A stretch of 61,559 bases of DNA, counting the filler. It is 9 parts of 9 records of this genome, joined end to end, with 100 filler letters (N's around TTAATTAATTAA, not from the genome) between each part and the next. Parts side by side here need not be neighbours in the genome. Positions count along the whole stretch, not along the records: positions 1 to 5,818 come from SRR31156797_85767; positions 5,919 to 15,117 come from SRR31156797_85798; 7 more parts are not named here. One strand, given 5' to 3'. Below, in pieces: positions 1 through 9,506 of this stretch; position 1 is the first letter of the stretch; each line of letters opens with the position of its first letter. The notes beneath the pieces are model-generated. The model worked only from the letters and a program-made list of their open reading frames with translations, had not been told where the DNA came from and did no database searches. The translations under genes and the position numbers were made by a program.

Positions 1-3000
1 ATAATCCATATTCCAGTCAACCCAGATGGTAACAACATCAGCAGCCCATGCATTACCGTTGGTAATGGTAATGGCTTCGCTCGCACCAACTTGAATATAT
101 GTTGAAATATCTGTGTAATCAGCCACACCACCCTGCCAACCGCTTGAGTTGTTGATGTCTCCACAGAGTACGTTAGCAATCCATTCATCCTCGGTTGTGG
201 TGCTTGCATCGCAATACTCCATAATCGGACCTGTCAGGAGTTTAATTTTGCAGTCGTTTTCCGGGTTTTCATCGCCCGGAAGTTGGGTGCAGGCTTCAAT
301 TTCATAATCGCCACCAGGTACGGACATATCCAGCGTTTCAATAAGGGTGAAATCCACTTCCTCACCTGCCGACAGGTTGCCGGTCCAGGTACCTGAAAAT
401 GTTCCGCTACCCGTTGGCCCTGACCAATTCACTTCCCACGGAATTTCGGTCTGGGTTTCATCTCCATAGTTTCGGATGGTTATGGTGACAGGTTCTTCAT
501 CGCCAAAAAAGACTCCCGAGGCTGGCTCAATAATCGACCACACCCCAACATCCATTGTAAAACCATCACCAATTAAAAGTGTATTTGCTTCGTTTCCGGA
601 TACCCGAAGTCGTGAATCTTTGGCATCAAAATCAAACACAATTCCCCACTCCAGCGGCAAAACCCCGTTGTTGGTGATGGTAAGTTCCTGTGTGGTGATT
701 TGCGGAGGGTCATCATGTATTTCGGAAAGGGATTCCGGGCTCACAGCTATTTCCGGCGTTCCCGGGATCACAACTTCAACACCCAGGGTGGGATCGGAAA
801 GGCCTTCATCATAAACTGATCTTGCTGTGTAAATCCAGGTTCCGGGTTCAACAAATGGATCGAGGTAATCTGTAACGCCAGGTTCGATGATGTTGCTGTT
901 TACCTGGTCGCCGTTTCGATAAATATTTACCCCAAGAAATTCTAACTTTGGATTACCAGAGCTTATATTATTTTTCGAATCCGGGTCTTCCTCAACGAGT
1001 ATTTTAAGATTGTAATTAAAATCCAAACCATAATTTATACTCAGGCTTTCCCACGTGGCTCCGTCAAGCGAAATCATATCGCCATACCCCGCAATGGCAG
1101 GGCCATCATCACAGCCAATGGGATCTTCGCCGCTAGGAGCAACAACCTCAAACCCCACCCACAAATCTTTCGTGGCATCGATGGTTTGAGGTTCGTCCAG
1201 CGAAATCGTATTCCATTCGTTCCAGTTCAGGTTTTCAAGCACCTGCTCATAAACCAAAAAAGAAGCATTGGTGTCTTTCCAGATTTTAAATGTGATATCC
1301 GAATTGTTGGCAAACTTCAACGGGAAAAACTGAAAATCAGTAATTGTGTATCCATTAAAAGGGATCAGGTCAATGGCATCCCAGCGAATGGCAGTATAAA
1401 ATACACCACCCGTTGAACCCATTCCACCGGCATTAACCCCGTCATCATAGCCCAGCCAGTATTGTGGTGTCATTCCACCCCAGGAGCATTCAACACCCAC
1501 ATCCTCCACAAATTCGGCTATGAAATTTGAGGGAGGATCACCAACCGGAGGAGCAGAACCACCAGGAATTGCAAATCCGGTAAGCCGGACCCCTTCGGGG
1601 AATTCACCAAGCAGGCTGGCAGCACCTGTTTCCACATCCACCGAATAAAGTCCGCCGGAAGTGGTGAAACCCGCTATGTAGCATTGCCCAGTGGCTTTGT
1701 TAAAAGCCATATCCTGCGGCCCTTCATAATCGAAGCCCAACGGCCCGATAGCTGTAGCAGTAGCGGTGGTCTTGTCAATGCTGTAAAACATATCATCACC
1801 CGTATCAAAACCATACAAATCGCCATTTTCATCACATGCAAGGCCCATCATTTCACCGCCGGAATTGCCCATGGCACCAATGAGGGTTCCCTGTCCCGTT
1901 AATGGATCGATTTCAAAAAGTTCTGTACCCGATACGCCATAGAACAGGTACCCTCCGGAATGGGCAAGTCCGTTTAAATCCGGTCCATCTCCAACAAAGG
2001 TCATGTAACCATATTCATCATCGATATAATAGAGCCCACCCCCTTGCTGGCATCCCCACCAGTAATCACCAACCCAGCAGGCGCCGGCAATGATTTCGTC
2101 GCTAGTGGTTGGGGCAAGCTGAACAATACCACCGGGTGTTGAGGGGTTAAATTCCACCGGACCTTCTACGAGTGTTCCTGAATTATCTTCGGCGAGGTAA
2201 GCGTACCAGGTTTCATCAACAATCCCTATGATTGTTTTAGTTTTGCAGTCGTTTTCCGGATGAGAATCGTCAGCCAGCATGGTGCAAGCTTCAAATGTAT
2301 ATTCACCAAACACCGACATATCCACCGTTTCAGGAAGGGTTACATATACAGACTCATCTATTCCGAGACTTCCTGTCCAGGTTCCTGAAATTATACCCGT
2401 TCCGGTTGGGCCCGACCAGGAAACCTCCCAGGGAATTTCCGTTTGCGATAAAAAGCCAATATTCCAAATGTGGATGGTAACAGGTTCTGCATTCCCCAAT
2501 GAAACACCTGAAACCGGCTCAACAATGGAATAAACACAAACATCATCAGATGGCCAGGCTCTGGCCAGTTCTAACCCCACCACCAAATTTGGCGATTGCT
2601 GAATGTTAAGGACAAGCATAAATCTCAGGTAATTGTCCATGAAAGCACATGCCCCACCTGCAATTGTTTCATTGCTGGATGTTCCGGGAATATAGCCCGG
2701 GATTTCATCTATCATGGTGTATAAATCGAGCGTAAAACCGGTAAAAGAACGGGTATTAATGTCGAATTCCTCTAGCATTACCAGGTCATAAGGGCTTGCA
2801 CCTGAGTTTTGAGTAAATAGCCAAAGCTTTGGTGAACCTGGGTCTGTATATGGATCATAAGCTGAACCATAACAACTGGCTGCAGCTTGTGTTTGTGAGC
2901 TTGAATAAATGGTGTTACCTGACATGTCAACAGCTGCCAAATCGTTCCATTGCCCCAACCAGAAACCTCCGTTGCCATAATCCAAATCAGGGTCATAAGC

Positions 3001-3510
3001 CAGGTGACGTGCACCGGTTACACCAGCCGAAGTTGAAATGGGAATGGTAGAAACTACCATTTGATTTTCCAGGTCTAGTTGTGCAATGGTCATTCCTCCG
3101 TTGGGCGCGCCGTAGAAATACTCGCCATCATAAGCAAAATCCCGGATAGCAGGTGCTTCAGCAATGGTAAACGACTCGATAAAAGTACCGTCATAATCAA
3201 ATTTATCAAATTGACCATTTCCATTCCAGTAGGTTAAATAAAAATGATAACCATCGCTGACAACGGCCTGGCACGAGGCGGCCTGTGCACTGAAGGTGTA
3301 TTCCACATCCCATTGCTCATCAGGATTATCTGGCTTTTTAATGGGAGTACCCGGTGATTTGTCTGATACCGGACTTTGTAACGGATGGCCTGTTTCTGTT
3401 AATCTCCCGGATTGTAATTGACCGGAAGGATCAGGATCATTTTGCTGGCCCTGAACACAAAGGGTTGCGGCCAGTAAAAGCAGCAGTAGGCATGTGAAAC
3501 TTTTTTTCAT
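1..3510 (-). CDS. Large secreted modular protein (signal peptide, beta-propeller-like regions, two CARDB/Ig-like repeats, split FN3, start of a GEVED domain); 3'-truncated at the window edge; probable T9SS cargo
   Basis: Missing from the ORF track because it has no stop in the window. Manual translation from ATG 3510 (MKKSFTCLLLLLLAATLCVQG...) reads through to ...VTIWVDWNMDY at position 1, 1170 codons in the same frame. WVDWN is typical of GEVED domains. Confidence 0.85.
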   Translation of the reverse strand, partial: MKKSFTCLLLLLLAATLCVQGQQNDPDPSGQLQSGRLTETGHPLQSPVSDKSPGTPIKKPDNPDEQWDVEYTFSAQAASCQAVVSDGYHFYLTYWNGNGQFDKFDYDGTFIESFTIAEAPAIRDFAYDGEYFYGAPNGGMTIAQLDLENQMVVSTIPISTSAGVTGARHLAYDPDLDYGNGGFWLGQWNDLAAVDMSGNTIYSSSQTQAAASCYGSAYDPYTDPGSPKLWLFTQNSGASPYDLVMLEEFDINTRSFTGFTLDLYTMIDEIPGYIPGTSSNETIAGGACAFMDNYLRFMLVLNIQQSPNLVVGLELARAWPSDDVCVYSIVEPVSGVSLGNAEPVTIHIWNIGFLSQTEIPWEVSWSGPTGTGIISGTWTGSLGIDESVYVTLPETVDMSVFGEYTFEACTMLADDSHPENDCKTKTIIGIVDETWYAYLAEDNSGTLVEGPVEFNPSTPGGIVQLAPTTSDEIIAGACWVGDYWWGCQQGGGLYYIDDEYGYMTFVGDGPDLNGLAHSGGYLFYGVSGTELFEIDPLTGQGTLIGAMGNSGGEMMGLACDENGDLYGFDTGDDMFYSIDKTTATATAIGPLGFDYEGPQDMAFNKATGQCYIAGFTTSGGLYSVDVETGAASLLGEFPEGVRLTGFAIPGGSAPPVGDPPSNFIAEFVEDVGVECSWGGMTPQYWLGYDDGVNAGGMGSTGGVFYTAIRWDAIDLIPFNGYTITDFQFFPLKFANNSDITFKIWKDTNASFLVYEQVLENLNWNEWNTISLDEPQTIDATKDLWVGFEVVAPSGEDPIGCDDGPAIAGYGDMISLDGATWESLSINYGLDFNYNLKILVEEDPDSKNNISSGNPKLEFLGVNIYRNGDQVNSNIIEPGVTDYLDPFVEPGTWIYTARSVYDEGLSDPTLGVEVVIPGTPEIAVSPESLSEIHDDPPQITTQELTITNNGVLPLEWGIVFDFDAKDSRLRVSGNEANTLLIGDGFTMDVGVWSIIEPASGVFFGDEEPVTITIRNYGDETQTEIPWEVNWSGPTGSGTFSGTWTGNLSAGEEVDFTLIETLDMSVPGGDYEIEACTQLPGDENPENDCKIKLLTGPIMEYCDASTTTEDEWIANVLCGDINNSSGWQGGVADYTDISTYIQVGASEAITITNGNAWAADVVTIWVDWNMDY

Positions 3511-3548
3511 AGGTATTTGGATTTAGAGATTGAGAAATATTATTGGTG

Positions 3549-3580
3549 TAAAGTTAATATATGGAAGGGAAAAATGCAAA
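3549..3580 (-). promoter_or_regulatory. Bacteroidota-type -33/-7 promoter
   Basis: Minus strand TTTG-N20-TAACTTTA, one mismatch to the TTTG-N19-21-TAnnTTTG consensus, about 40 nt upstream of ATG 3510. Confidence 0.45.
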
Positions 3581-3745
3581 GAATATTGGAGGGAGTTTTC
3601 AAATTATCAGGTGTTTAAGACACACCGCTGAATATAAAATTCAGCATTTAGATGAGAATGATTTGACACGATCCGTGGTGAGGGATAATTTTTATCTGCG
3701 TTATTGTTACCCATGTTTAACTCCTATGGAGTCCTTGAAATGAAA

Positions 3746-3778
3746 AACGCTGACAGGGCTCCAAACCCTGTCAGCGTT
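3746..3778. repeat. REP-like palindrome
   Basis: AACGCTGACAGGG-ctccaaa-CCCTGTCAGCGTT, perfect 13-bp arms, intergenic, no U-tract. Confidence 0.65.
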
Positions 3779-3793
3779 GAACAACGAAAACAC

Positions 3794-3825
3794 AAAAAAA
3801 GGGAACCCGAAGGCTCCCTTTTTTT
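3794..3825 (-). terminator. Rho-independent terminator (potentially bidirectional)
   Basis: Minus strand GGGAGCC-TTCG-GGTTCCC-TTTTTTT just after the stop of 3847..5817; A/T tracts on both sides. Confidence 0.85.
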
Positions 3826-3846
3826 ATTTAGAATTCCAATAAAGGA

Positions 3847-5817
3847 TTACTTGATAATCAGCTTGTGTACTGCAACACCAGCTTCAGTTTCGATTTGCAG
3901 TGTGTAAACACCAGTGGTGAATTCACTTGCATTGAACTGAAGTTCTGAACCGCTAACCGGTGCGCTGTAAACAACCTGTCCTGTGAGGTTAACCAGTCTT
4001 ACTGATTTCATCTCAAGGTCAGATTCGATGTTCACAACACCATTGGTTGGGTTCGGATATACATTGAATGATGAAGCAGCCAGTTCGTTGATACCAACAA
4101 TTGTTACCATATCCTCATTTGAAGGATTAGATTCAACATCATCAACAACTGCAGTTGCATAGTAGGTATAAGTACCAGCACTCAAATCAGCATCAGTGTA
4201 TGTTGTTCCGGTAATATCAGTAGCAATTTGTTCACCGTCACGATAGATATTGAAGTAAAGTGATCTTGTTGCATCAGGAACAAATATAGCCGGAGGAGTG
4301 ATCTTAACAGGATTAGCTGTAAGATTTCCTGCGTTTTCAACAAGAACAGGCTTTTCATTGATTGGCAGCAACGCTTCACCGTCACCGGCAAACTCGATGT
4401 AACCCTGAACAGCCCAGTTGTAGATCAGGTCTGGATTTAATGAGGTAAGTGTTACCCATGCACCATTCCAGAACATCATGTTACTATAACCTTCAACTTG
4501 TGGGCCATCATCGCAACCAGCAGGAAATCCTGCAGTAGTGTTACAATTGAAACCAATCCAAAGTTCATCTGTATTATCAAATGGAACCGGTGTATCAAGT
4601 TCAACTTCGTTCCAAACATCAGCAACAACTTCAGTAAGTTCCTGTTCGTAAATCAGTGTCGGATTGCCGGCACCTTGCCATACTTTCAGTGTGTATGTAC
4701 AAAGGTCACCAGGTTCGCCAGGTACAAAGTTGATCTTTGTTACAGCGCCATTTTCGAAGTTGGTGAGATCTGCAGGTTCCCAACGTGCAGCTACGTCAAA
4801 GTCAGCAGCAGCGTTTGTACCAATTGAGTTGGTAATTGTTTCGCCTGAATAAGTGATCCATTCCGGCTCGAAAATACCTGCATATTCCCATGAAAGCTCA
4901 GCATCCATTCCATCAACCGTTGCATCGAAGTTTGTTGGTGGATCAGGAAGAACAACACCACCCTGTGTAATATCGATATTATCGAAATAAGCACCAGGTG
5001 TACCGTTTTCAGCCCATGCATAGAAGTTCATAGCGTGGAATTCGTTGAGTGTACCTGTTCCGAAGGAACCACTACTCCATACCCATTCAACAACCATTTC
5101 GCCATTGAAATACATAACAGCATTGTCAGCATCCAGGTCGATCATGAGTTGAACATTGTGCCATGTGTCATATGTGTAGGTGAAAGCACCTGCACCAGCT
5201 CCACCGGCATCAACTAAACCAGCACCACCAACATCGAAGTATGCCTGCATACCCCATTCACTGCTGGCTCCGGCAAACGCCTGGAGACAGTTGAAGTAAC
5301 CAATTTTATCGGTTGGGATATATACCATGAAGTCGATGTTAAACTGACCTGAGGTATAGTTTTGAGGCAGTATGAGTACGGCATCGTTGGTACCTTCAAT
5401 TACAACTGAATTGTCTCCTTCATAAGCTATGTCGTTTTTAACGATTGGGTCTTCCGTGCTTCCCGGGTTTTCACTCCAGGTTGTCCAGTATTCTTTACCC
5501 TGTGCAACAGCTTGTTGTACGAGGTAATCGTCAGCAACGTAATCTTCGAAAGGTTCGAATACAAGTGAAGGCTGTGGACCACCACCCTGAACAACGAGTG
5601 TTACCGGCACATCAACAGTTGGACTGGCGGGATCGTTGCTTGTAATTGAAATGGTTCCTGTGTAGGTTCCTTCTTCAAGATCAGTAGAGTTGAAAGTAAC
5701 TTCGATGGTTTCTGATCCACCGCCACTAACTGTACCGCTCATAGGAGCAACAGATAGCCAGGCGTCTCCACCACCACCACCAACTACGATGGTATAATCT
5801 TCAACTTCACCATATGC
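3847..5817 (-). CDS. T9SS type-A sorting domain protein (GEVED end, Ig-like, lectin/LamG-like, split FN3); 5'-truncated
   Basis: Frame stays open from the contig edge (AYGEVEDYTIVVGGGGG...) into ORF 3847..5742. C-terminus VYPNPTNG...GVYTLQI...HKLIIK is a canonical T9SS CTD. Confidence 0.9.
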   Translation of the reverse strand, partial: AYGEVEDYTIVVGGGGGDAWLSVAPMSGTVSGGGSETIEVTFNSTDLEEGTYTGTISITSNDPASPTVDVPVTLVVQGGGPQPSLVFEPFEDYVADDYLVQQAVAQGKEYWTTWSENPGSTEDPIVKNDIAYEGDNSVVIEGTNDAVLILPQNYTSGQFNIDFMVYIPTDKIGYFNCLQAFAGASSEWGMQAYFDVGGAGLVDAGGAGAGAFTYTYDTWHNVQLMIDLDADNAVMYFNGEMVVEWVWSSGSFGTGTLNEFHAMNFYAWAENGTPGAYFDNIDITQGGVVLPDPPTNFDATVDGMDAELSWEYAGIFEPEWITYSGETITNSIGTNAAADFDVAARWEPADLTNFENGAVTKINFVPGEPGDLCTYTLKVWQGAGNPTLIYEQELTEVVADVWNEVELDTPVPFDNTDELWIGFNCNTTAGFPAGCDDGPQVEGYSNMMFWNGAWVTLTSLNPDLIYNWAVQGYIEFAGDGEALLPINEKPVLVENAGNLTANPVKITPPAIFVPDATRSLYFNIYRDGEQIATDITGTTYTDADLSAGTYTYYATAVVDDVESNPSNEDMVTIVGINELAASSFNVYPNPTNGVVNIESDLEMKSVRLVNLTGQVVYSAPVSGSELQFNASEFTTGVYTLQIETEAGVAVHKLIIK

Positions 5818-5818
5818 G

Positions 5819-5918
5819 NNNNNNNNNNNNNNNNNNNNNNNNNNNNNNNNNNNNNNNNNNNNTTAATTAATTAANNNNNNNNNNNNNNNNNNNNNNNNNN
5901 NNNNNNNNNNNNNNNNNN
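5819..5918. other. Artificial contig spacer (N-TTAATTAATTAA-N); the same spacer recurs at 15118-15217, 23472-23571, 29316-29415, 35051-35150, 41549-41648, 49572-49671, 54924-55023
   Basis: Identical 100-nt N blocks with a six-frame stop linker; base composition and gene content change across most of them. Confidence 0.98.
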
Positions 5919-5920
5919 CC

Positions 5921-6280
5921 CTGGACAAGCTGGAAGACCATTTTGTCTTCTTCGAACGGTATTTCCTGAAGTCAGAATTTACCGGAGGCTGTCCCATCGG
6001 AAATCTGGCCCAGGAACTGGCCGCCCACAGCGGTGAATTCGGTGATCGCCTGGAGGCCGTATTCGGGAGGATGTCCGGCAGTATCCTCTGTTTCCTGAAG
6101 GAGGCGGCCGGGAAGGGCGAGATACCCGAATCCAATGCCTCCCGGGGGATGGCCGATTTCCTGATCGACAGCTGGGAGGGTACCCTGATGCGGGTAAAGA
6201 CCCAGCGCTCCATTGAGCCTCTGGAGAGGTGGCGGCTTTTCATCTGCAGAGATTTTCTCCTGCGGGCTCAGAATCTTTAG
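5921..6280 (+). CDS. TetR/AcrR family regulator, C-terminal part (NemR/AcuR-like); 5'-truncated
   Basis: LDKLEDHF...GGCPIGNLAQEL...MADFLIDSWEGTLMRVK: GCxxGNLxxE and WEGA-like motifs of TetR C-terminal domains. Confidence 0.85.
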   Translation: MDKLEDHFVFFERYFLKSEFTGGCPIGNLAQELAAHSGEFGDRLEAVFGRMSGSILCFLKEAAGKGEIPESNASRGMADFLIDSWEGTLMRVKTQRSIEPLERWRLFICRDFLLRAQNL

Positions 6281-6572
6281 ATTGTCCATTATCGGGAAAA
6301 GGAATTGCGTTTCCGGCTGAAAAAGCAGCCGGGCTGATATGCTTTCAGCCGGGACCTGTGTTTCTGTAAAAGCCATTTCATCCCAGTAAATGAAGATGCT
6401 ATCGAGGATAGCGCTTCCCGGGTATGACCTTTTTTAAACGGGGAAACCGGGAGTACAGACTCATTTTTATAGATAGTCTTGCCTATATAAATTATTTGAT
6501 AGATAATGGGTTTGGCTAAACTATTTATCATGGAAAAGAATCATCTCAATTCCGTTTTCGGAGAATCAATAA

Positions 6573-8129
6573 ATGACTGGAGAAGAAATGAACTATAGGG
6601 GCGAATGGGAAAGCTCTGCCGAAGATATGATGGCTGAAATGCCTTCATTTGTGAAAATGAAAGTCAGAAAAACGGTTGAACAGCAAGCCCTGAGGAAGGG
6701 GATGTCGAAGATCACCGGTGAATTCTTGAACGATATCATATCCAACATGATGGGAGGGAATTCCGGACATAAGGAGACGGGGGAGGGGACCATTCGTGAT
6801 TTCTATGCTCTGACCGACAATGAACCCATCCTGGCCGGTTTCAAAAGAAGGAGCAAAGCCCCTCATGCCGGTATGGGGAGTATGGCGCCGGTAGAGGACG
6901 GGTCGCGGATTTGGGACGAAGTATCCAGGCAGACTGACAGCGCGAAAGCCAGGGCCCTCTATATCCATACCCCCTTCTGCCTTGCCCGTTGTAAGTTCTG
7001 CGGCTTCTATCACTCGAAGACGAACAAAGACGCTATCTCAGCCTATGTGGACGATCTCCTGATTGAAATGGATATGGTAGCGGATTCGGCCTATGCCTCA
7101 TCAACCCCCTTCAATGCGGTCTATTTCGGGGGAGGGACGCCCACGGACATAGCTGCGGAAGATCTCAAACGGATCATGACCCACCTCCAAAGCCGTTGGA
7201 ATCTGACCAACGACTGCGAAATAACGCTGGAAGGTCGTTTGCACGGCTTTGACGATGACAAGATGGCTGCCTGCCTTGAGCATGGTGTGAACCGATTCTC
7301 CTTTGGTATCCAATCTTTCGATACCCGCATACGCCGTTCGATGGGGCGCATTGAGAAGAAGGAAGTCCTGCTAAAACGCCTTGAAGAGATACTTGAAACC
7401 AACGGGGCCAATGTCTCTATAGACCTGATCTACGGTTTTCCGGAACAGAGCCATGAGATCTGGCTTGACGACCTGAAATCAGCTGTGGAAAGCGGCGTAG
7501 ACTCGGCCAGTATCTATCGTCTTAAGCCGATGCCCGATTCTCCCATTCAGGAGCTGGTGGAGCAGGGCAGGCTCTCCCCCCCCGCCTCTGTGGATATACA
7601 GGCCGAGCAGTTCGCCCTTTCCAATGATTTCTTCCGCACCATGAACGCCCGGCGCTCAGGTGTGACCCATTGGGCCTTTTCCAACCGGGAACGCTGCGTC
7701 TACAACTCCATATCGGCCTACGGAGGCTCCATTCTGCCTGTGGGCTGCGGCGCCGGGGGGAATCTGGGAAAATACGGGGTAATGCAGGGAATGAGCCTTC
7801 AGGAGTATTCCGCGTACATAGAGAGAGGGGAGAAGCCCCTGGGGGCTATGGTGATCGAAAAGAAAGATAACCGTGCCCTTCGCATGCTGGGCGGCGAACT
7901 CCACCTGAATCTGGGCGTCAACCTCAAAGAGCATGCCCGCAAGACGGGCGAAGAGGGGTTGAATGAGATCTTCGCTCCCCTTCTCGAGCAGTGGGACGAG
8001 GCGGGGATGGTCTCGTATGACAGGGAGAGCGGTCTTATGCGGCTTACCGACGCAGGTGTTTTCCATGCGCCTCAGATCCAACAGAACCTGCTTGATTATT
8101 ATGAATGGAAAAAGGGGGGGGACCGGTGA
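6573..8129 (+). CDS. hutW: Heme anaerobic degradation radical SAM methyltransferase (ChuW/HutW family) with N-terminal PCP_red-like extension
   Basis: YIHTPFCLARCKFCGF (CxxxCxxC), VYFGGGTPT, RFSFGIQSF, HemN_C-like end (MRLTDAG), HutW-type N-terminal F..R...HAG segment; HutX domain in the same operon. Confidence 0.85.
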   Translation: MTGEEMNYRGEWESSAEDMMAEMPSFVKMKVRKTVEQQALRKGMSKITGEFLNDIISNMMGGNSGHKETGEGTIRDFYALTDNEPILAGFKRRSKAPHAGMGSMAPVEDGSRIWDEVSRQTDSAKARALYIHTPFCLARCKFCGFYHSKTNKDAISAYVDDLLIEMDMVADSAYASSTPFNAVYFGGGTPTDIAAEDLKRIMTHLQSRWNLTNDCEITLEGRLHGFDDDKMAACLEHGVNRFSFGIQSFDTRIRRSMGRIEKKEVLLKRLEEILETNGANVSIDLIYGFPEQSHEIWLDDLKSAVESGVDSASIYRLKPMPDSPIQELVEQGRLSPPASVDIQAEQFALSNDFFRTMNARRSGVTHWAFSNRERCVYNSISAYGGSILPVGCGAGGNLGKYGVMQGMSLQEYSAYIERGEKPLGAMVIEKKDNRALRMLGGELHLNLGVNLKEHARKTGEEGLNEIFAPLLEQWDEAGMVSYDRESGLMRLTDAGVFHAPQIQQNLLDYYEWKKGGDR

Positions 8130-8677
8130 AAGACAGAGTGAAAGGACTCCTGTACTGGGAGAACATAGACCTGATTACAGTGGGGACCTTCGCGGCCCTG
8201 ATAAGGGTTTCCACCTATCTTATCTCCATATGCGGCGGGGGGATGAATCCCCTGGCCTTTATCCTGAAGAACATCATCGCCACAAGCCTTATGGTCGTAT
8301 TGTGCCACAAAGTCACTCGCTTCGGAGTCCTGACCCTGTATTCCACCGTTACCTATCTGTTTTCCATGATCATATCGGGAAGCGTCATGCTTTCCATTCC
8401 GGTGATTCTGGTCTGCGCCCTGCTGGCGGATGCCCTGATCTATTTCGGGGGGCGAAAGAAACGGCTGGGGGCCGTCCTGTTTGCCGTCATCTTCTATGAG
8501 GTCGGGACGAAACTCTTCGGACTTGTCTACTCTTTCCTGTTCGTCAGGGAGGATATCCGGCTGTTGATCATGCCGGCCGTTGTGGTCTCTATCGGACTCA
8601 TAGGCTCTTTCATCGGCCTGTTCAGTGGAGCGAAATTACTCAAGGAGCTGCGTCATGCCGGGATTATTCGGAAATAG
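8126..8677 (+). CDS. MptD/Trep_Strep-family ECF transporter S component
   Basis: About 183 aa with ~6 TM segments; DLITVGTFAAL start and LLKELRHAGI end; GTG start overlaps the hutW stop (GTGA). Confidence 0.8.
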   Translation: MKDRVKGLLYWENIDLITVGTFAALIRVSTYLISICGGGMNPLAFILKNIIATSLMVVLCHKVTRFGVLTLYSTVTYLFSMIISGSVMLSIPVILVCALLADALIYFGGRKKRLGAVLFAVIFYEVGTKLFGLVYSFLFVREDIRLLIMPAVVVSIGLIGSFIGLFSGAKLLKELRHAGIIRK

Positions 8678-9506
8678 GTTTCACAGATCGAAAGATTCAT
8701 TCGCTATAGGACTGAGCGGATGGACCAAGCTGGGCATGTGCGCAGCCGTATCCGTCGTCACCCTCTTCCTCAAACACGAACCGGCCCTGATCATTCTCCT
8801 GGCAGCGGGAGCGGTTTTCGCCTTCTCCCAGCTGAAGCTGCGGGTTATCCTGTTTCTTTATCTTGCCATTGGCATCCTGTCGTCCATATCCGTGGGCTTC
8901 GCCTCTGTGCTGGGACGGATCGCTTCGAATTTCCACCCCGCCTTTTCGGGGTACGACGCCTTCGTTATGCTCCTTCCTTTTATGCGGGTCATCACAGTGA
9001 TGCAGGTGCTGGTGGTAACGGCCCTCTCCACCAGCCCCCAGGAGATCCTGACCAACCTGAAAAGCATCAGGCTGCCCCGTTTTCTCTATCTGCCCGTCCT
9101 GGTGATGCTCCGCTTTGTCCCTTCCTTTATCAACGATATCAAACAGATCAACGAGAGTCTGAAAGTGCGGGGTCTGCAGATCAATCTGCTGACCATGACG
9201 ATCCGGCCCGGCCTCTCCATACGCTGCAGTGTCATTCCTCTCATCTTCAGAGCCTTCAGATCCTCTGACGAATTGGCCGTCGCCTCAGAGCTGAAAGGGG
9301 TGGGATACTTGAAGAAAACGACTTCCTTCAGGAAGAACAGGATTAGCCGGACTGACTATTTTATGATCCTGGTTTCCGTTCTCCTCCTCTCCTCAGCCCT
9401 CTATGTCCAGTCCCTGGCCCCTCCCCAGGTATCGATGATGGATATGATGAGAAACAGCAAAGCAGAAGTCTCGGAGAGCCCTAATCAGGGACAGGGAGCT
9501 CTATAA
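8655..9506 (+). CDS. ecfT: ECF transporter transmembrane component T
   Basis: LRFVP...I.ESLKVRG and AxASELKG motifs; AAGGAG RBS before ATG 8655. Confidence 0.85.
   Translation: MPGLFGNRFHRSKDSFAIGLSGWTKLGMCAAVSVVTLFLKHEPALIILLAAGAVFAFSQLKLRVILFLYLAIGILSSISVGFASVLGRIASNFHPAFSGYDAFVMLLPFMRVITVMQVLVVTALSTSPQEILTNLKSIRLPRFLYLPVLVMLRFVPSFINDIKQINESLKVRGLQINLLTMTIRPGLSIRCSVIPLIFRAFRSSDELAVASELKGVGYLKKTTSFRKNRISRTDYFMILVSVLLLSSALYVQSLAPPQVSMMDMMRNSKAEVSESPNQGQGAL

Noticed and set aside
476-3050. Short ORFs listed in the track over 476-3050
   Set aside because: Antisense or off-frame shadows of the long minus-strand gene 1..3510.
5819-5918. Recurrent TTAATTAATTAA palindrome in N runs, and ORFs ending in ...XXXLIN
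   Set aside because: Artificial concatenation linker; adjacency across spacers has no biological meaning.
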